A DNA stretch of 64,000 nucleotides from positions 2,772,146 to 2,836,145 of the forward strand of contig OZ244226.1 of the NCBI GenBank assembly GCA_965217035.1. The letters are read 5' to 3'. Below are positions 47,257-57,746 of this stretch, one piece after another (the stretch's first letter is position 1; each line of letters opens with the position of its first letter). Under the pieces are notes generated by a model that saw nothing but the letters and a program-made list of their open reading frames with translations, was not told the DNA's origin and did no database searches. The DNA is from Bacteriovoracaceae bacterium. Its GTDB lineage: Bacteria; Bdellovibrionota; Bacteriovoracia; Bacteriovoracales; Bacteriovoracaceae. A program made the translations under genes and the position numbers.

Positions 47257-47940
47257 ATGTCAGACTATAAAACTATGGAACTAAGCCGATCGAAGACTGC
47301 TAGAGCAAAATATATACTCGAAGAATTGGAAAGACGTTATCCAGAAACGCCGACACCTTTGGATCATACGAATAATTTCACCCTACTTGTCGCTGTCCTT
47401 TTATCTGCCCAATGTACTGATGTTCGAGTGAATAAAACGACTCCAGCATTATTTAAAAAAGCTGATACGGCCAAGAAAATGGTGAAACTTTCAGTCGACG
47501 AGATCAACGACATAGTGAGGCCTTGCGGACTTGCTCCCAGAAAAGCAAAAGCAATTTGGGAGCTTTCTCGTATTCTCATTAATGAACATGGGGGAGAGGT
47601 TCCAGAAGATATGGAGGCTTTAGAGAGGTTACCAGGGGTTGGCCACAAAACGGCTTCAGTCGTAATGTCGCAAGGTTTTGGCCATCCTGCTTTTCCTGTC
47701 GACACCCATATCCATCGGCTTGCTCAGCTTTGGAAGCTCACGAGCGGTAAGAGCGTGAAGCAAACTGAGGCAGATCTTAAGAAGCTGTTTCCTAAAGAAA
47801 GTTGGAATAAACTTCATTTACAGATTATTTTCTATGGGCGTGAGCATTGCCAAGCCAGGACTTGTAAAGGGATTGTTTGCGAGATATGCCGTCATATGTT
47901 TCCTAACAGGAAAAAGAGAATAGACTACCAAAAGAGTTAG
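47257..47940 (+). CDS. nth: endonuclease III
   Basis: LLVAVLLSAQCTD, HhH LPGVGHKTA, VDTHIHRL, C-terminal Fe-S Cys cluster. Confidence 0.95.
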   Translation: MSDYKTMELSRSKTARAKYILEELERRYPETPTPLDHTNNFTLLVAVLLSAQCTDVRVNKTTPALFKKADTAKKMVKLSVDEINDIVRPCGLAPRKAKAIWELSRILINEHGGEVPEDMEALERLPGVGHKTASVVMSQGFGHPAFPVDTHIHRLAQLWKLTSGKSVKQTEADLKKLFPKESWNKLHLQIIFYGREHCQARTCKGIVCEICRHMFPNRKKRIDYQKS

Positions 47941-48030
47941 TTTTCTTTCAATTTCTTACTCTACTTGCCACATCAAGGTTATAAAGCTGATCATTTAACA
48001 ATAGTATTTTACATGTGAAAGGAGTCGTCT

Positions 48031-49212
48031 GTGAAAGTCTTAATAGCCTTATGCCTTGCTATCCCGTTTGCTTATTCTAAGCCAGCTTATCTTTTAATTG
48101 AAAACCATGTTGGAACTCAATTAAGTCGTAAAATGAAATCTGTCATGAAACGAAAGAAAATCGACGAACGATTTTCAGCTGTAAAAATTGATGAGAAGTA
48201 TATTAAACATCTCTCTCATACTGTTCATGATAAATTTAAAAAATGTGGCGGATATTTTCATTTTGACTCTGAGTCTGATTTAAAGAAATTTGTTAAAACG
48301 ATGAAAGCTAATAAGAGAAGAGCCCCTAAAGATTTTTGGCTTCTTAAAGAAGCCGATACACTCCAAGTGAAAAGATCTATTGAAGCTGGAGTTAAAAGAG
48401 TTAAAGAGAGTCAAATCCGAAAAACGATTGAAAAACTTTCTTCTTTTAAAAATCGTTATTACAAAACTAAAACAGGTGTCTCTTCTGCTGAGTGGATTGC
48501 TTCACAATGGCATGAACTAACTCAGAAAAGAGATGATGCTTCAGTCTCCCTCTTTAAGCATGAAAAATGGCCTCAACCCTCTGTGATTCTTAAGATTGAA
48601 GGACAGACCAAAGAAGCACTTGTTGTCGGTGGGCATCTTGATTCAATCGTAGGTTATTTTGGTGGGGATAATCATGCTCCTGGAGCCGATGATAATGCTT
48701 CCGGGATTGCGACTATTACAGAAATCATCAGGGTGATTACAGAAGAAAATTTTCGACCGACAAAAACTTTGTTTTTCATGGGCTATGCTGCTGAAGAAGT
48801 GGGTCTTCGAGGTTCAAAAGAAATTGCTCAAAAATTAGCAAATTCTGATAAGTATGATGTGAAAGGAGCTATCCAGTTTGATATGACTAATTTCAGTGGC
48901 TCTGAAAAAAGTATTTATCTTATCAACGATCATACTTCAGAGAAGTTTACAACTTATCTAGGAACATTAATTGATCGCTATGTGAAAGTGCCTTGGGGTT
49001 ATACGAAGTGTGGTTATGCATGTTCTGATCATGCATCTTGGAACGCTCAAGGAATTCCGGCAGCTTTTCCATTCGAGACTCAATTTCGAGATTCTAATAA
49101 GAAGATTCATACCAAACAAGATACTATTGATGCTTCGGGAGGTCATGCTAATCATGCTTTGAACTTTGCGAAGCTTGGTGTGGCCGCAGTTATGGATTTT
49201 GGTTCAATTTAA
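48031..49212 (+). CDS. secreted M28 leucyl aminopeptidase
   Basis: GGHLDS, PGADDNASG, AAEEVGLRGS, QFDMT, CGYACSDHASW, IHT. Confidence 0.93.
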   Translation: MKVLIALCLAIPFAYSKPAYLLIENHVGTQLSRKMKSVMKRKKIDERFSAVKIDEKYIKHLSHTVHDKFKKCGGYFHFDSESDLKKFVKTMKANKRRAPKDFWLLKEADTLQVKRSIEAGVKRVKESQIRKTIEKLSSFKNRYYKTKTGVSSAEWIASQWHELTQKRDDASVSLFKHEKWPQPSVILKIEGQTKEALVVGGHLDSIVGYFGGDNHAPGADDNASGIATITEIIRVITEENFRPTKTLFFMGYAAEEVGLRGSKEIAQKLANSDKYDVKGAIQFDMTNFSGSEKSIYLINDHTSEKFTTYLGTLIDRYVKVPWGYTKCGYACSDHASWNAQGIPAAFPFETQFRDSNKKIHTKQDTIDASGGHANHALNFAKLGVAAVMDFGSI

Positions 49213-50537
49213 CTAACTTTTTTAAGAGAAGCGCTCTTCTTTTGATCCGAAGAGCGTTTCTGATATTGCTTCTGGAATCTTTTCTCTAACTCTGGGAATT
49301 TTTGAATGATTTCGTGGAAGTCATCCTTTTTAAGAGTATAGAGTTCACAATAGCTCTTCGAATGAACATCAGCAGTTCTTGTCACATTTTGAACGAGCGC
49401 AATTTCTCCAAAGAACTGACCTTCTAGAATTGATGCAACGATATTACCCTCTACAATCACATCGACTTCTCCATGAGCAATAATAAACATCTCTTCTCCA
49501 ACATCACCTTTTTTGATAATAGTTTGACCAGGAGAGTAGGAGCGAGTTTCAAGTAGAGTCGCGATCAAACGAAGACAGTTTAACTTGGTATCTTGAAAGA
49601 TAGAGAGCTCTTTAATCAACCTGACCTTCATATAGAGTTTGAGTTCGTCTTGGAGGACGGAAGGGAGCTCTCCAATAATCGTGTTATCTTTATCTGATAA
49701 GTGTCTTGAGAACATGGAATGGTAATAAGAGAAAACCTCCTTTTTTAATCGATTTGGTATTTCATAATGCTTAAGAAAAGCTGAAATATCATTGATCTTC
49801 TCTTTCTTCGCTTCCTTATGGCGATCGGCATTAAGAAGCATTCTTGAAATATTTCCGAAGATAATTCCGTAAACACCAACTCCAATCACCATAATAAAAG
49901 TTGTGTAAACTCGAGAAATATTACTGGTTGGGGTAATATCTCCGTATCCAATTGTTGTAAGTGTTGTCATGCTCCAATAAAAAGCTTTGTTATAAGCAGT
50001 CACCCATTCATCTTGATAGCCTTCAATTATGAGCCATCCGAAAGAAATACCGTGAATCGCAAGAACAACCATTGAAGTGATAACAGGTCCTTTAATAGAC
50101 CAAGGGCTCATTGGATGATTGAGAGTGGCAAAAAGAAAGCGACCCATGATCAGCACTTTTAAAAATGAAAAATGATAGAAAAACTCTAATCCAGAATAAA
50201 CTCCTAGGCATTCCCAGGGAACAAGAGTCAGAAGAAATAAAACTTTTGAGAATTTAGATCTTTTAGAAAATTGAAAACTATTAAAGAGTGTTTGATAAAT
50301 ATTTAAAGGATCTCTTTGCCCCTTCTTTCTGTCTGGCAGGGGATACCAAAACAGAAGCCCAAGCATGGTGCAAGAGAGAACCTCCAGGATCATGGAGTTA
50401 AAATGATTGGGGAGGTGAAAAACATCAATAGTTGTTGATGTAATAATAGAGCTGGTTGTAAGACCAAAAAGAATCATTGTAAAAACAGATTGAAAACGTT
50501 GGGTGTGAAAAAAACCAAATTTAAACAAAATACTCAT
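49209..50537 (-). CDS. cyclic nucleotide-gated potassium channel
   Basis: TLTTIGYGDITP selectivity filter, C-linker, FFGEIAL..RTADV cNMP-binding domain. Confidence 0.93.
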   Translation of the reverse strand: MSILFKFGFFHTQRFQSVFTMILFGLTTSSIITSTTIDVFHLPNHFNSMILEVLSCTMLGLLFWYPLPDRKKGQRDPLNIYQTLFNSFQFSKRSKFSKVLFLLTLVPWECLGVYSGLEFFYHFSFLKVLIMGRFLFATLNHPMSPWSIKGPVITSMVVLAIHGISFGWLIIEGYQDEWVTAYNKAFYWSMTTLTTIGYGDITPTSNISRVYTTFIMVIGVGVYGIIFGNISRMLLNADRHKEAKKEKINDISAFLKHYEIPNRLKKEVFSYYHSMFSRHLSDKDNTIIGELPSVLQDELKLYMKVRLIKELSIFQDTKLNCLRLIATLLETRSYSPGQTIIKKGDVGEEMFIIAHGEVDVIVEGNIVASILEGQFFGEIALVQNVTRTADVHSKSYCELYTLKKDDFHEIIQKFPELEKRFQKQYQKRSSDQKKSASLKKVS

Positions 50538-50560
50538 TGACTCAAACCCTTCTTAAGATG

Positions 50561-50587
50561 AAATCGGCAAATTTTTCCAAAACTTTA
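50561..50587 (-). promoter_or_regulatory. sigma28 (FliA) promoter
   Basis: Minus strand TAAAGTTT-N11-GCCGATTT, 24 nt upstream of the channel ATG. Confidence 0.7.
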
Positions 50588-50633
50588 GAGAAAAAGTGTA
50601 GTTTTCTGGACATCCAGTTGGAGCCTATTTAGA

Positions 50634-51359
50634 ATGATTGCGATGCAGAAAAATCAGAAGAATCCTCTCAACGAGTTGATCATCAATATTGTACTCCCGA
50701 CTCTTATACTCAACAAAGGTGCAAGCTATTTGGGTGAAAACGGAGCAACGAAGGCGCTTATTATTGCTCTGGCCTTTCCCGCATTTTATGCGATTTATGA
50801 CCTGGTTAAATATAAGAATAAAAATCTGATTTCAATTTTGGGTTTCGTTAGTCTCTTATTCACTGGTGGATTTGGGCTGCTTCAGCTTGAAGGACAATGG
50901 TTTGCTATCAAAGAAGCTGCTTTTCCTTTAATTATTGGTCTTGTCGTTCTTGTTTCTGCTTATACGGCCAAGCCCTTAATTGGAATGTTGATTTATAACG
51001 ACGCCATTATGCAAACAGATAAAGTTAAAAATGCTTTAGAAGATCGCGGGACGATAAAAGAGTTTGACTCTCATTTGAAAAAATCAACAATCTACTTTAG
51101 CTTTTCTTTTTTCTTTAGCGCACTTCTTAATTATGTTCTTGCCGTGAGAATTTTTACAAAGATACCACTTGATTTACCGGCTGAACAAAGGTCCGAAATT
51201 CTTAACCAGCAAATTGCTGATATGACTTGGCTTGGTTATGTTGTGATCTTGGTTCCAAGCATGATTATTATGGCAGCAATTCTTTGGCATCTTTTCAGTG
51301 GAATTAAGAGGTACACGGGATACTCTTTTAATGATGTCCTAAAAGACGCTCAATCATGA
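50634..51359 (+). CDS. VC0807-family membrane protein
   Basis: NIVLPTLILNK, ALAFP, SLLFTGGFGLL, AIKEAAFP, SALLNYVLA. Confidence 0.8.
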   Translation: MIAMQKNQKNPLNELIINIVLPTLILNKGASYLGENGATKALIIALAFPAFYAIYDLVKYKNKNLISILGFVSLLFTGGFGLLQLEGQWFAIKEAAFPLIIGLVVLVSAYTAKPLIGMLIYNDAIMQTDKVKNALEDRGTIKEFDSHLKKSTIYFSFSFFFSALLNYVLAVRIFTKIPLDLPAEQRSEILNQQIADMTWLGYVVILVPSMIIMAAILWHLFSGIKRYTGYSFNDVLKDAQS

Positions 51360-52003
51360 AAACTTGGAATACTATTCCAACTCTTAAAGAAATTGAAAAA
51401 CTCTATCCTGATATTAAAAAAGTTTTATTCGATTTAGATGGGACCCTCATTAATTCAGAAACAATTCACATGAAAATTACTCAAAAAGTCCTGAAAGAAA
51501 AGGCTGGGATTGATGAGAGTGTCGAGTTTTTGGAGAGTGTTTTTTACGGCAAATCGGCAACAGATTGTTATCTTTATTTAAAAGAAAACTATGAACAATT
51601 TAATGTAAGTCTTGAAGAGTTTTTAGTTGCCGGTAACGAAACGGCAGATGAAGCACTCAATGAACTTGTTTCGCAAAATAAATTATTCGAACCCAGGATT
51701 CTCGAGCTTCTCGATGAGATGAAGTCATCGTTTTGGGAAATGGCCATTGTCACGGCCAGTGAAAGAGAATTCCTCGATTGTGTTTTAAAAAATCTAAATG
51801 AAAACTATTTCACGTTCACTCTTTCCGCTTCTGATACGACAAAGACAAAGCCTCATCCCGAGCCTTATTTAAAGGCGATAGAGATGATGGGAAATACCGA
51901 TCCAAAAGACTATATTATCTTTGAAGATTCTCCGACGGGTCTTTCATCGGCCAACGCCAGTGGGGCCATTGTCAATAAGGTATGCTGGTTTAATAATGTC
52001 TGA
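51356..52003 (+). CDS. HAD-superfamily hydrolase
   Basis: FDLDGTLINSE, KPHPEPY, FEDSPTG. Confidence 0.92.
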   Translation: MKTWNTIPTLKEIEKLYPDIKKVLFDLDGTLINSETIHMKITQKVLKEKAGIDESVEFLESVFYGKSATDCYLYLKENYEQFNVSLEEFLVAGNETADEALNELVSQNKLFEPRILELLDEMKSSFWEMAIVTASEREFLDCVLKNLNENYFTFTLSASDTTKTKPHPEPYLKAIEMMGNTDPKDYIIFEDSPTGLSSANASGAIVNKVCWFNNV

Positions 52004-52528
52004 ATGACATATTTATTAAAAGAAATCTTTAAGCTCATTAAAGTTTTAAACTCTGAGAATGGAACCAATCAAATCGCTTTTGGACTTACATTAGGTTTTA
52101 TTTTGGGTTTTTCACCATTCTTAAGTTTACAAGGAATTTTAATACTACTTTTGATTCTCATTATTAGAGTTCAGGCGGGAGCCGCTTTTCTCTCTGCATT
52201 TTTCTTTTCTCTTTTGGCTTATTTATTAGACCCTGTTTTTCATGCGATTGGTTCTTCTATCTTAGAGATGGAATCTTTAGTCGGTATTTTTACTTCACTT
52301 TATAATATGCCTTTGGTTCCTTTCACTCGTTTTAATAATAGCATAGTCATGGGAGGGGGAGCTTTCGGTTTGATTCTTGCTCCGATCATGTTTTTTGTCT
52401 TTAAATTCTTAGTATCGAAATACAGAAAAGCTATTTTAGAGCGATTTCAACAGACAAAATTTTGGAAGGCCGTAAAGGCAACAAAGTTCTACCAATGGTA
52501 TCTAAAATACGACGAATACTTCGGATGA
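52004..52528 (+). CDS. TIGR03546 family membrane protein
   Basis: LNSENGTNQIA, LDPVFHAIG, YNMPLVPFTRFNNSIVMG. Confidence 0.85.
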   Translation: MTYLLKEIFKLIKVLNSENGTNQIAFGLTLGFILGFSPFLSLQGILILLLILIIRVQAGAAFLSAFFFSLLAYLLDPVFHAIGSSILEMESLVGIFTSLYNMPLVPFTRFNNSIVMGGGAFGLILAPIMFFVFKFLVSKYRKAILERFQQTKFWKAVKATKFYQWYLKYDEYFG

Positions 52529-52677
52529 ATTATGTTAAAAATGCATCATCTTCATCGTTGCCTACGAAAAAAAAGTTCTATGAGGTACTTATTTGTACAT
52601 CTCAAACTTTTTTTCTTGTCACCTTGAATCTAATACATTTTTCTCACAATTCATTTCCTTCGACATAGGATTAAAAA

Positions 52678-54603
52678 ATGGAAGAAAATAAAAATAAAAA
52701 ACAAAAGAAACCGAAAGGACCAATTCGAACAGGTCTGATAACTTTGCTCGTAATCTTTGTGGTAGGGATTTTCATCTATGCAAAGTTTTTCTTAGATGGT
52801 CATCTTAGGTGGGGAATGCAGACAGCATTGACCTATGGGAATTATGCTGAAGTCAATATTAATCAAGTCAAAACGAGTTTCTCGGATGCGTCCTTTGCAA
52901 TTCGTGGAATTCAAGTCACTGATTTTGAGAATCCTGACTTTAACTCCATTCAAATCGGAGAAATCTCTTTTAATGCACTCTGGGATGCACTTCTTCGTTT
53001 TAAAATTGTTATAGAGAATGCTCAATTAACAGGACTCGGTTTCAATCAAAAGCGGAAGTCACCAGGAAAGATTTATCCGAAAAAAAAGAAAGAAGCTGAG
53101 GATTCAGTCCTTGCTCAAGAAACAAAAAAAGAAGTTAAAGAAATTACCGATGATAACGTACTTGGCGATGTTGCAAAACTATTAGAGGGCGGATCTCTGA
53201 AACAGAATTTAAAAGATATTAAGTTTGATTTTAAATCTGAAAAAAGAATCAAAGAGATTGAAGAGCTTATTGATTCAAAGAAAGTTGCTTGGAAAAAAGA
53301 TATCGATGAAATTAAGAACCTTGATAAACTTAATGATGTTATTAAGAGAGCAAAGTCTATAAAGTTTGATAAAAATCCGTTAAAAGCAGCAAAGCAATTA
53401 AAAGAGCTCAGTAAGTTAAAAAAAGAAGCTGACGGTCATATCAAAAACTATAAATCTAAAATAAAGAGTCTGAAGGCTGATTATAAGTCTCTAAAAAACT
53501 CAGTCGGAGAAATTGATGATTTAGTTAAGGAAGATACGAATATGGTGCAAAATCATTTCAAAATTCCTGATGTTAATTTTTCGGAGATTTCTGAGCGTGT
53601 TTTTCAAAAATATGTGATGAGTATGATCGGTCCTTACATGAAGTATTGGGATATGGCGAAAGAATATATCCCTGAACGCCAGAAGAATTATAAAAAAGAA
53701 TTCAAAGAGGAGAAGGAAAAAAGAGCGGAGGGAATTAATTACTCATTTCCAAAAACAAAAGGTTATCCATCCTTTTGGTTAAAACGCATGGATATTTCTT
53801 CAGAGTCTAAAGTCTCTAAAAATGATCAATCTTCTCTTTATAATCTTAAAGGCTTCGTCACGAACGCGAGTTCTAATGAGAAAATTGTAGGTAAACCAAT
53901 GATCCTCAAGTTGGCGGGAGATGCACCTGCTCAAAAAATTTCAGGGATTGATTTTAATGCAACTGTTTCTAGCGCTAGTGGAGAGTACCAAGCTAATGTT
54001 CTTGGAAAAGTCGCTTCTTTCCCGGTTGGTGAGGTGAAACTCTCTCGTTCTTCTAAGTTAAAATTAAGCCTAGCTGATAGTCTGGCCAATACAGAAGTGA
54101 AAGGAACTTTGGGAATAAAAGAAGCAAATCTCAATATGAGAACTGTTTTTAAATCAATCAACTGGAATCTCGATGCCAAAGATAAGAAAACTCAAAAAAT
54201 ATTAGGGGGTATCTTTTCGAATATTCCTGAAGTCGATCTCAAAGGAAGAATTCGTGGTTTTTATCTCAAACCTCGTATGAAGCTCTCTTCTAATTTTGAC
54301 CAACAATTTAAAACTGGAATAAGTTCTTATATTAAGGGGAAAATAGAGGTTGCGAAAGCGAAAGCGCGCAAAGCTGTCGAAGAGAAAATTTCGGGTCCCA
54401 AGTCTAAATTATTAGGGAAAATTGGTGAGAATGAGAGAGGTTATCTTAAACCACTTCTTGATGGAGATAAAAAACTTTCTGATGCTGGCGGAATTTTCGA
54501 CCAAATAAGAAAAGAACAAGAAAAGAAGGCTAAAAGCAAAGTCAAAAGCAAGGTGAAGAAAGAACTGGATAAACTGAAGAAGAAATTGAAACTGCCTTTC
54601 TAG
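52678..54603 (+). CDS. TIGR03545 family protein
   Basis: N-terminal TM, AEVNI..V..S, coiled-coil middle, GINYSFP..YPSFWLK; adjacent to TIGR03546 partner. Confidence 0.82.
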   Translation: MEENKNKKQKKPKGPIRTGLITLLVIFVVGIFIYAKFFLDGHLRWGMQTALTYGNYAEVNINQVKTSFSDASFAIRGIQVTDFENPDFNSIQIGEISFNALWDALLRFKIVIENAQLTGLGFNQKRKSPGKIYPKKKKEAEDSVLAQETKKEVKEITDDNVLGDVAKLLEGGSLKQNLKDIKFDFKSEKRIKEIEELIDSKKVAWKKDIDEIKNLDKLNDVIKRAKSIKFDKNPLKAAKQLKELSKLKKEADGHIKNYKSKIKSLKADYKSLKNSVGEIDDLVKEDTNMVQNHFKIPDVNFSEISERVFQKYVMSMIGPYMKYWDMAKEYIPERQKNYKKEFKEEKEKRAEGINYSFPKTKGYPSFWLKRMDISSESKVSKNDQSSLYNLKGFVTNASSNEKIVGKPMILKLAGDAPAQKISGIDFNATVSSASGEYQANVLGKVASFPVGEVKLSRSSKLKLSLADSLANTEVKGTLGIKEANLNMRTVFKSINWNLDAKDKKTQKILGGIFSNIPEVDLKGRIRGFYLKPRMKLSSNFDQQFKTGISSYIKGKIEVAKAKARKAVEEKISGPKSKLLGKIGENERGYLKPLLDGDKKLSDAGGIFDQIRKEQEKKAKSKVKSKVKKELDKLKKKLKLPF

Positions 54604-54615
54604 GAAAAATTAAAT

Positions 54616-55329
54616 ATGAATAAGCTTTTTTTATTGCTCTTGCTTGCTTGTGCTAGCGAACCAAAACTCAAGACTGAACGACTCATACTTAAAGAAAGTA
54701 AGAAAGATAGAACTCACTTCTCTTATAATATTTTAAAAACGATTTATCCGGTTTGTAACTTAGTTAAAGAGGCAGGTAAATGTATTAGCAGTTATCAGCC
54801 TTATAATGGTTATGGAACCTATTCTTTTATGTACGCAGATGCTGGTGGTGGTTTCTTTTATCATTTTAAAGGGAAGGATTTTGATTATTTAGTCGATGTT
54901 TTTGTCGACTTTGGGCAAGGACCTCCTGAGCAGGCTAGTATCTCTGTGAATCAGTTTGTTGATGGAGAAATGATTAAAGAGCTTCCTTTTACTGCCATGT
55001 TTGCAGAAGGGTATCCAGAAGTAAAAAAAGCATTAAAAAGTCAAAAAGCGATATTCCGTCTTCCTCAATATGGTACAAAACTAAAACTTTATCCTTCCTA
55101 TGAAAAGGACAAGGTGATTAGTTTCATCTGGAATAAAGATAAAATGCAATTTAAGAGTATAAAAAGTAAGTTTGGAAAAGAAGATATTGCTTGGTTAATT
55201 GCGAATCGATTCAGAGATGAAAGATCAAAAGAAGAAATTGATAGAGATGTTCTTGAAGAGCTTAAAAAGAGAGAAAGAGAACAGAGAGTAAATCCTTATA
55301 AAAACATATTAGAAAAAATAACGAGATAG
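54616..55329 (+). CDS. hypothetical lipoprotein
   Basis: Lipobox LLLAC. Confidence 0.7.
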   Translation: MNKLFLLLLLACASEPKLKTERLILKESKKDRTHFSYNILKTIYPVCNLVKEAGKCISSYQPYNGYGTYSFMYADAGGGFFYHFKGKDFDYLVDVFVDFGQGPPEQASISVNQFVDGEMIKELPFTAMFAEGYPEVKKALKSQKAIFRLPQYGTKLKLYPSYEKDKVISFIWNKDKMQFKSIKSKFGKEDIAWLIANRFRDERSKEEIDRDVLEELKKREREQRVNPYKNILEKITR

Positions 55330-55331
55330 AG

Positions 55332-55703
55332 ATGGAATGGAAAGAAGGTAGCTGTCATTGCAAGAGTGTTCAATTTCGAGTCCGTGACCCTTTTGAGAAG
55401 ATTACTCGCTGTGACTGTTCTATCTGCCAAAGAAAAGGTTTTCTCCACATCATCGTAGAAAAAGAGAATTTTGAATTGAAGTCTGGAGAAGACAGTCTCG
55501 TTTCCTATCAATTTAATACAAAGACAGCGAATCATCTTTTTTGCAAGAATTGTGGAATTTCAAGTTTCTATATTCCTCGCTCTCATCCAGATGGCTACTC
55601 GGTGAACGCTCGTTGTGTTGATGATCTCGATATACCGAAGTTAGAAATCAATGAATTTCAAGGGAGTGATTGGGAAGCTAATATCGACCAACTAAAGGAC
55701 TAG
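55332..55703 (+). CDS. GFA (glutathione-dependent formaldehyde-activating) family protein
   Basis: GSCHC, CDCSIC, HLFCKNCGI..PRSHPDG. Confidence 0.92.
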   Translation: MEWKEGSCHCKSVQFRVRDPFEKITRCDCSICQRKGFLHIIVEKENFELKSGEDSLVSYQFNTKTANHLFCKNCGISSFYIPRSHPDGYSVNARCVDDLDIPKLEINEFQGSDWEANIDQLKD

Positions 55704-56281
55704 TTCCACCTTCTCATCAAACCGATAGTATAAACTTCATAATCTCCATATTTTTCATTGTTTGAATCAAGACTTTGTCTGGTTTTTGATGGACTTTTCA
55801 CTCCAGCAGCTTCATTAGCATCAAGATGGCTCATTTGTCCGTTGGCGGTATGGTATTGCCCCTCAAGTTCTGGGTTCTTTACATCTCCAGTATAAACAAA
55901 GAGATCACTACAATAGTATTCTTCATTCATAATAGTCCGATCTTCATTTAAGTCAGCAGCATAGTCAGCACATTCTTTTTTTAATTCTTTAATTTTTCTT
56001 TTTACTTTGCCTTCCTTGAAGTATTTTCCTTTTCTATATTTATCAGCACTAGGAACTTCAGCAAGGTCTTCAAGCGTCGTTGGTCCGGTAAAGACTGCAA
56101 GTTGATGAACGAGTTTTCTTTTATATCCTATAAAGTTGACTGCTCCTTTAAGAACTTCCATAACCTCATCTCCATTGTTTCTGTTTGAAAACTCTTTATT
56201 GAGAAGTTCGAGTGTTGTTTCTGTCGCAAAGCTTGTTAAAGATAGAAGAAACGAAAGAATAAATATTTTCATAAAAAACAT
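55700..56281 (-). CDS. secreted hypothetical protein (ATG 56272 alternative)
   Basis: Signal peptide MKIFILSFLLSLTSFA. Confidence 0.7.
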   Translation of the reverse strand: MFFMKIFILSFLLSLTSFATETTLELLNKEFSNRNNGDEVMEVLKGAVNFIGYKRKLVHQLAVFTGPTTLEDLAEVPSADKYRKGKYFKEGKVKRKIKELKKECADYAADLNEDRTIMNEEYYCSDLFVYTGDVKNPELEGQYHTANGQMSHLDANEAAGVKSPSKTRQSLDSNNEKYGDYEVYTIGLMRRWN

Positions 56282-56403
56282 TGTAGCGTGAGATCTGAAA
56301 ATTTCTTACTAATCTGTTGGAAGATGTAAATTTTTTAAGATTGATCAAAAACTAAACACAGTGCTACTTCTATTACCCTCATAACTACACACCAGGAGGT
56401 CTT

Positions 56404-56775
56404 ATGAAAAAAGTTTATGCCTTTTTTTTCGTTTCTCTTTTATCTTTAAACACTTTTGCTGACTTAGAATGTCGAGGAGGAGTCACTTTGATTAAAATCA
56501 AAACTGATTTTTACCATCAATCCGCTGAGCTCATCATTGGGGAGGAAGATGGATGGGGAGATGAATACACAATTATTAAAGGTTTTGAATGTAATGAGGA
56601 AGATTCTGATAATGACTGGGGAACAACAAGAGGTCTATTCTGCAGTACTGACTGGGAAGATAATAAATTTCAAATATCAATTGATGAGATGTCTGGAAAA
56701 GCGACTGCAAAATACGATTTAACAGATAAGAAGCTTGCGCCCGCGAAAAAGCTTAAATGCAAAGAAGTTGATTAA
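56404..56775 (+). CDS. secreted acidic hypothetical protein
   Basis: AGGAGG RBS, signal peptide, 4 Cys. Confidence 0.75.
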   Translation: MKKVYAFFFVSLLSLNTFADLECRGGVTLIKIKTDFYHQSAELIIGEEDGWGDEYTIIKGFECNEEDSDNDWGTTRGLFCSTDWEDNKFQISIDEMSGKATAKYDLTDKKLAPAKKLKCKEVD

Positions 56776-56785
56776 AATGCCTTCC

Positions 56786-56810
56786 GAGCCTTAGTTCTCT
56801 TCTAAGGCTC
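56786..56810. terminator. hairpin between convergent genes
   Basis: GAGCCTTAG/CTAAGGCTC 9-bp perfect stem; no clear U-tract. Confidence 0.5.
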
Positions 56811-56823
56811 ACAATTCTTCAGT

Positions 56824-57588
56824 TTAAATATCGATAAGCGTGCTCGATGGAACTTTTAGGGCCATTTGAGCCGCTCTCATGGCCCAATAAATTCTTTCTT
56901 CCGTATCAAAGAAATTTTTAAATTTGAAGGAAGTTCTTGAAGGAAAATAATCAAATCGGATTCGAGGAGTAAGTATAAAAGTTCGATAAAGTTTTAAATA
57001 TTTTAGCTTCTTTTTTAGTTCCTTAATAGTTGGCTCAACGATTGTCTTCTGTTCATGAAGCAGTAAGGTTTTAAAACCAAACATTTTCTCTTCAGAAGTC
57101 ATCTCTTCTGCTTTAAGTGATGAAACAATGATTTGAACGACCTCTGGATCTAATAATTTTCTTATTTTAGGGAGTGGGCAATCCTTATTTTTTAAGATGA
57201 AATGATAAGTTTTATGAACATCAATAAAGACAAGCTTATTGATTCTTTTTAGTTCAGAGGAAATAAGTGAGAATTCCTTTAAGATCTTTGAGCGTTTGAG
57301 AAGAGAAAGCTTGTCAAGAGAGTTCAAGATCTTATCTTTTTTCTCCATCTGGTTCTGTGCCGCTAAGGCTCCATGAAGGGCCACAACAGGAAATAAGAAA
57401 TTCTCTCTCGATTCCTTATATATCGCAAGTAAAGCTTCTACTCTTTGTTCGAAGTCAGAGTTTTCACCGGCAATAGAAATACTTTCTTGTTCTTGCTGTT
57501 TGAGCTTTTTGACGAGCTCTGCTTGAGAGCATTGTTCTGAAAAAGCTGATCCAGCTAATGAAAAAAGAATAAGAAAGGTCCATTTCAT
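56824..57588 (-). CDS. secreted hypothetical protein
   Basis: AGGAG RBS, signal peptide; FPVVALHGAL, HEQ, IRFDYFP, ERI motifs. Confidence 0.7.
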   Translation of the reverse strand: MKWTFLILFSLAGSAFSEQCSQAELVKKLKQQEQESISIAGENSDFEQRVEALLAIYKESRENFLFPVVALHGALAAQNQMEKKDKILNSLDKLSLLKRSKILKEFSLISSELKRINKLVFIDVHKTYHFILKNKDCPLPKIRKLLDPEVVQIIVSSLKAEEMTSEEKMFGFKTLLLHEQKTIVEPTIKELKKKLKYLKLYRTFILTPRIRFDYFPSRTSFKFKNFFDTEERIYWAMRAAQMALKVPSSTLIDI

Positions 57589-57746
57589 GAATAATCTCCT
57601 GGTACTAGCTCAATACAGTGAGAAGGCTTTGTTTTGCAAGTCCTTATTTCTTCTGACACATCAGCCTCACAGAATCAGATAAAACTTTCATATGGCTATG
57701 TGCATTAGGTTTTTTGATTAAGAACCTTACTCATATGATTAATTTA

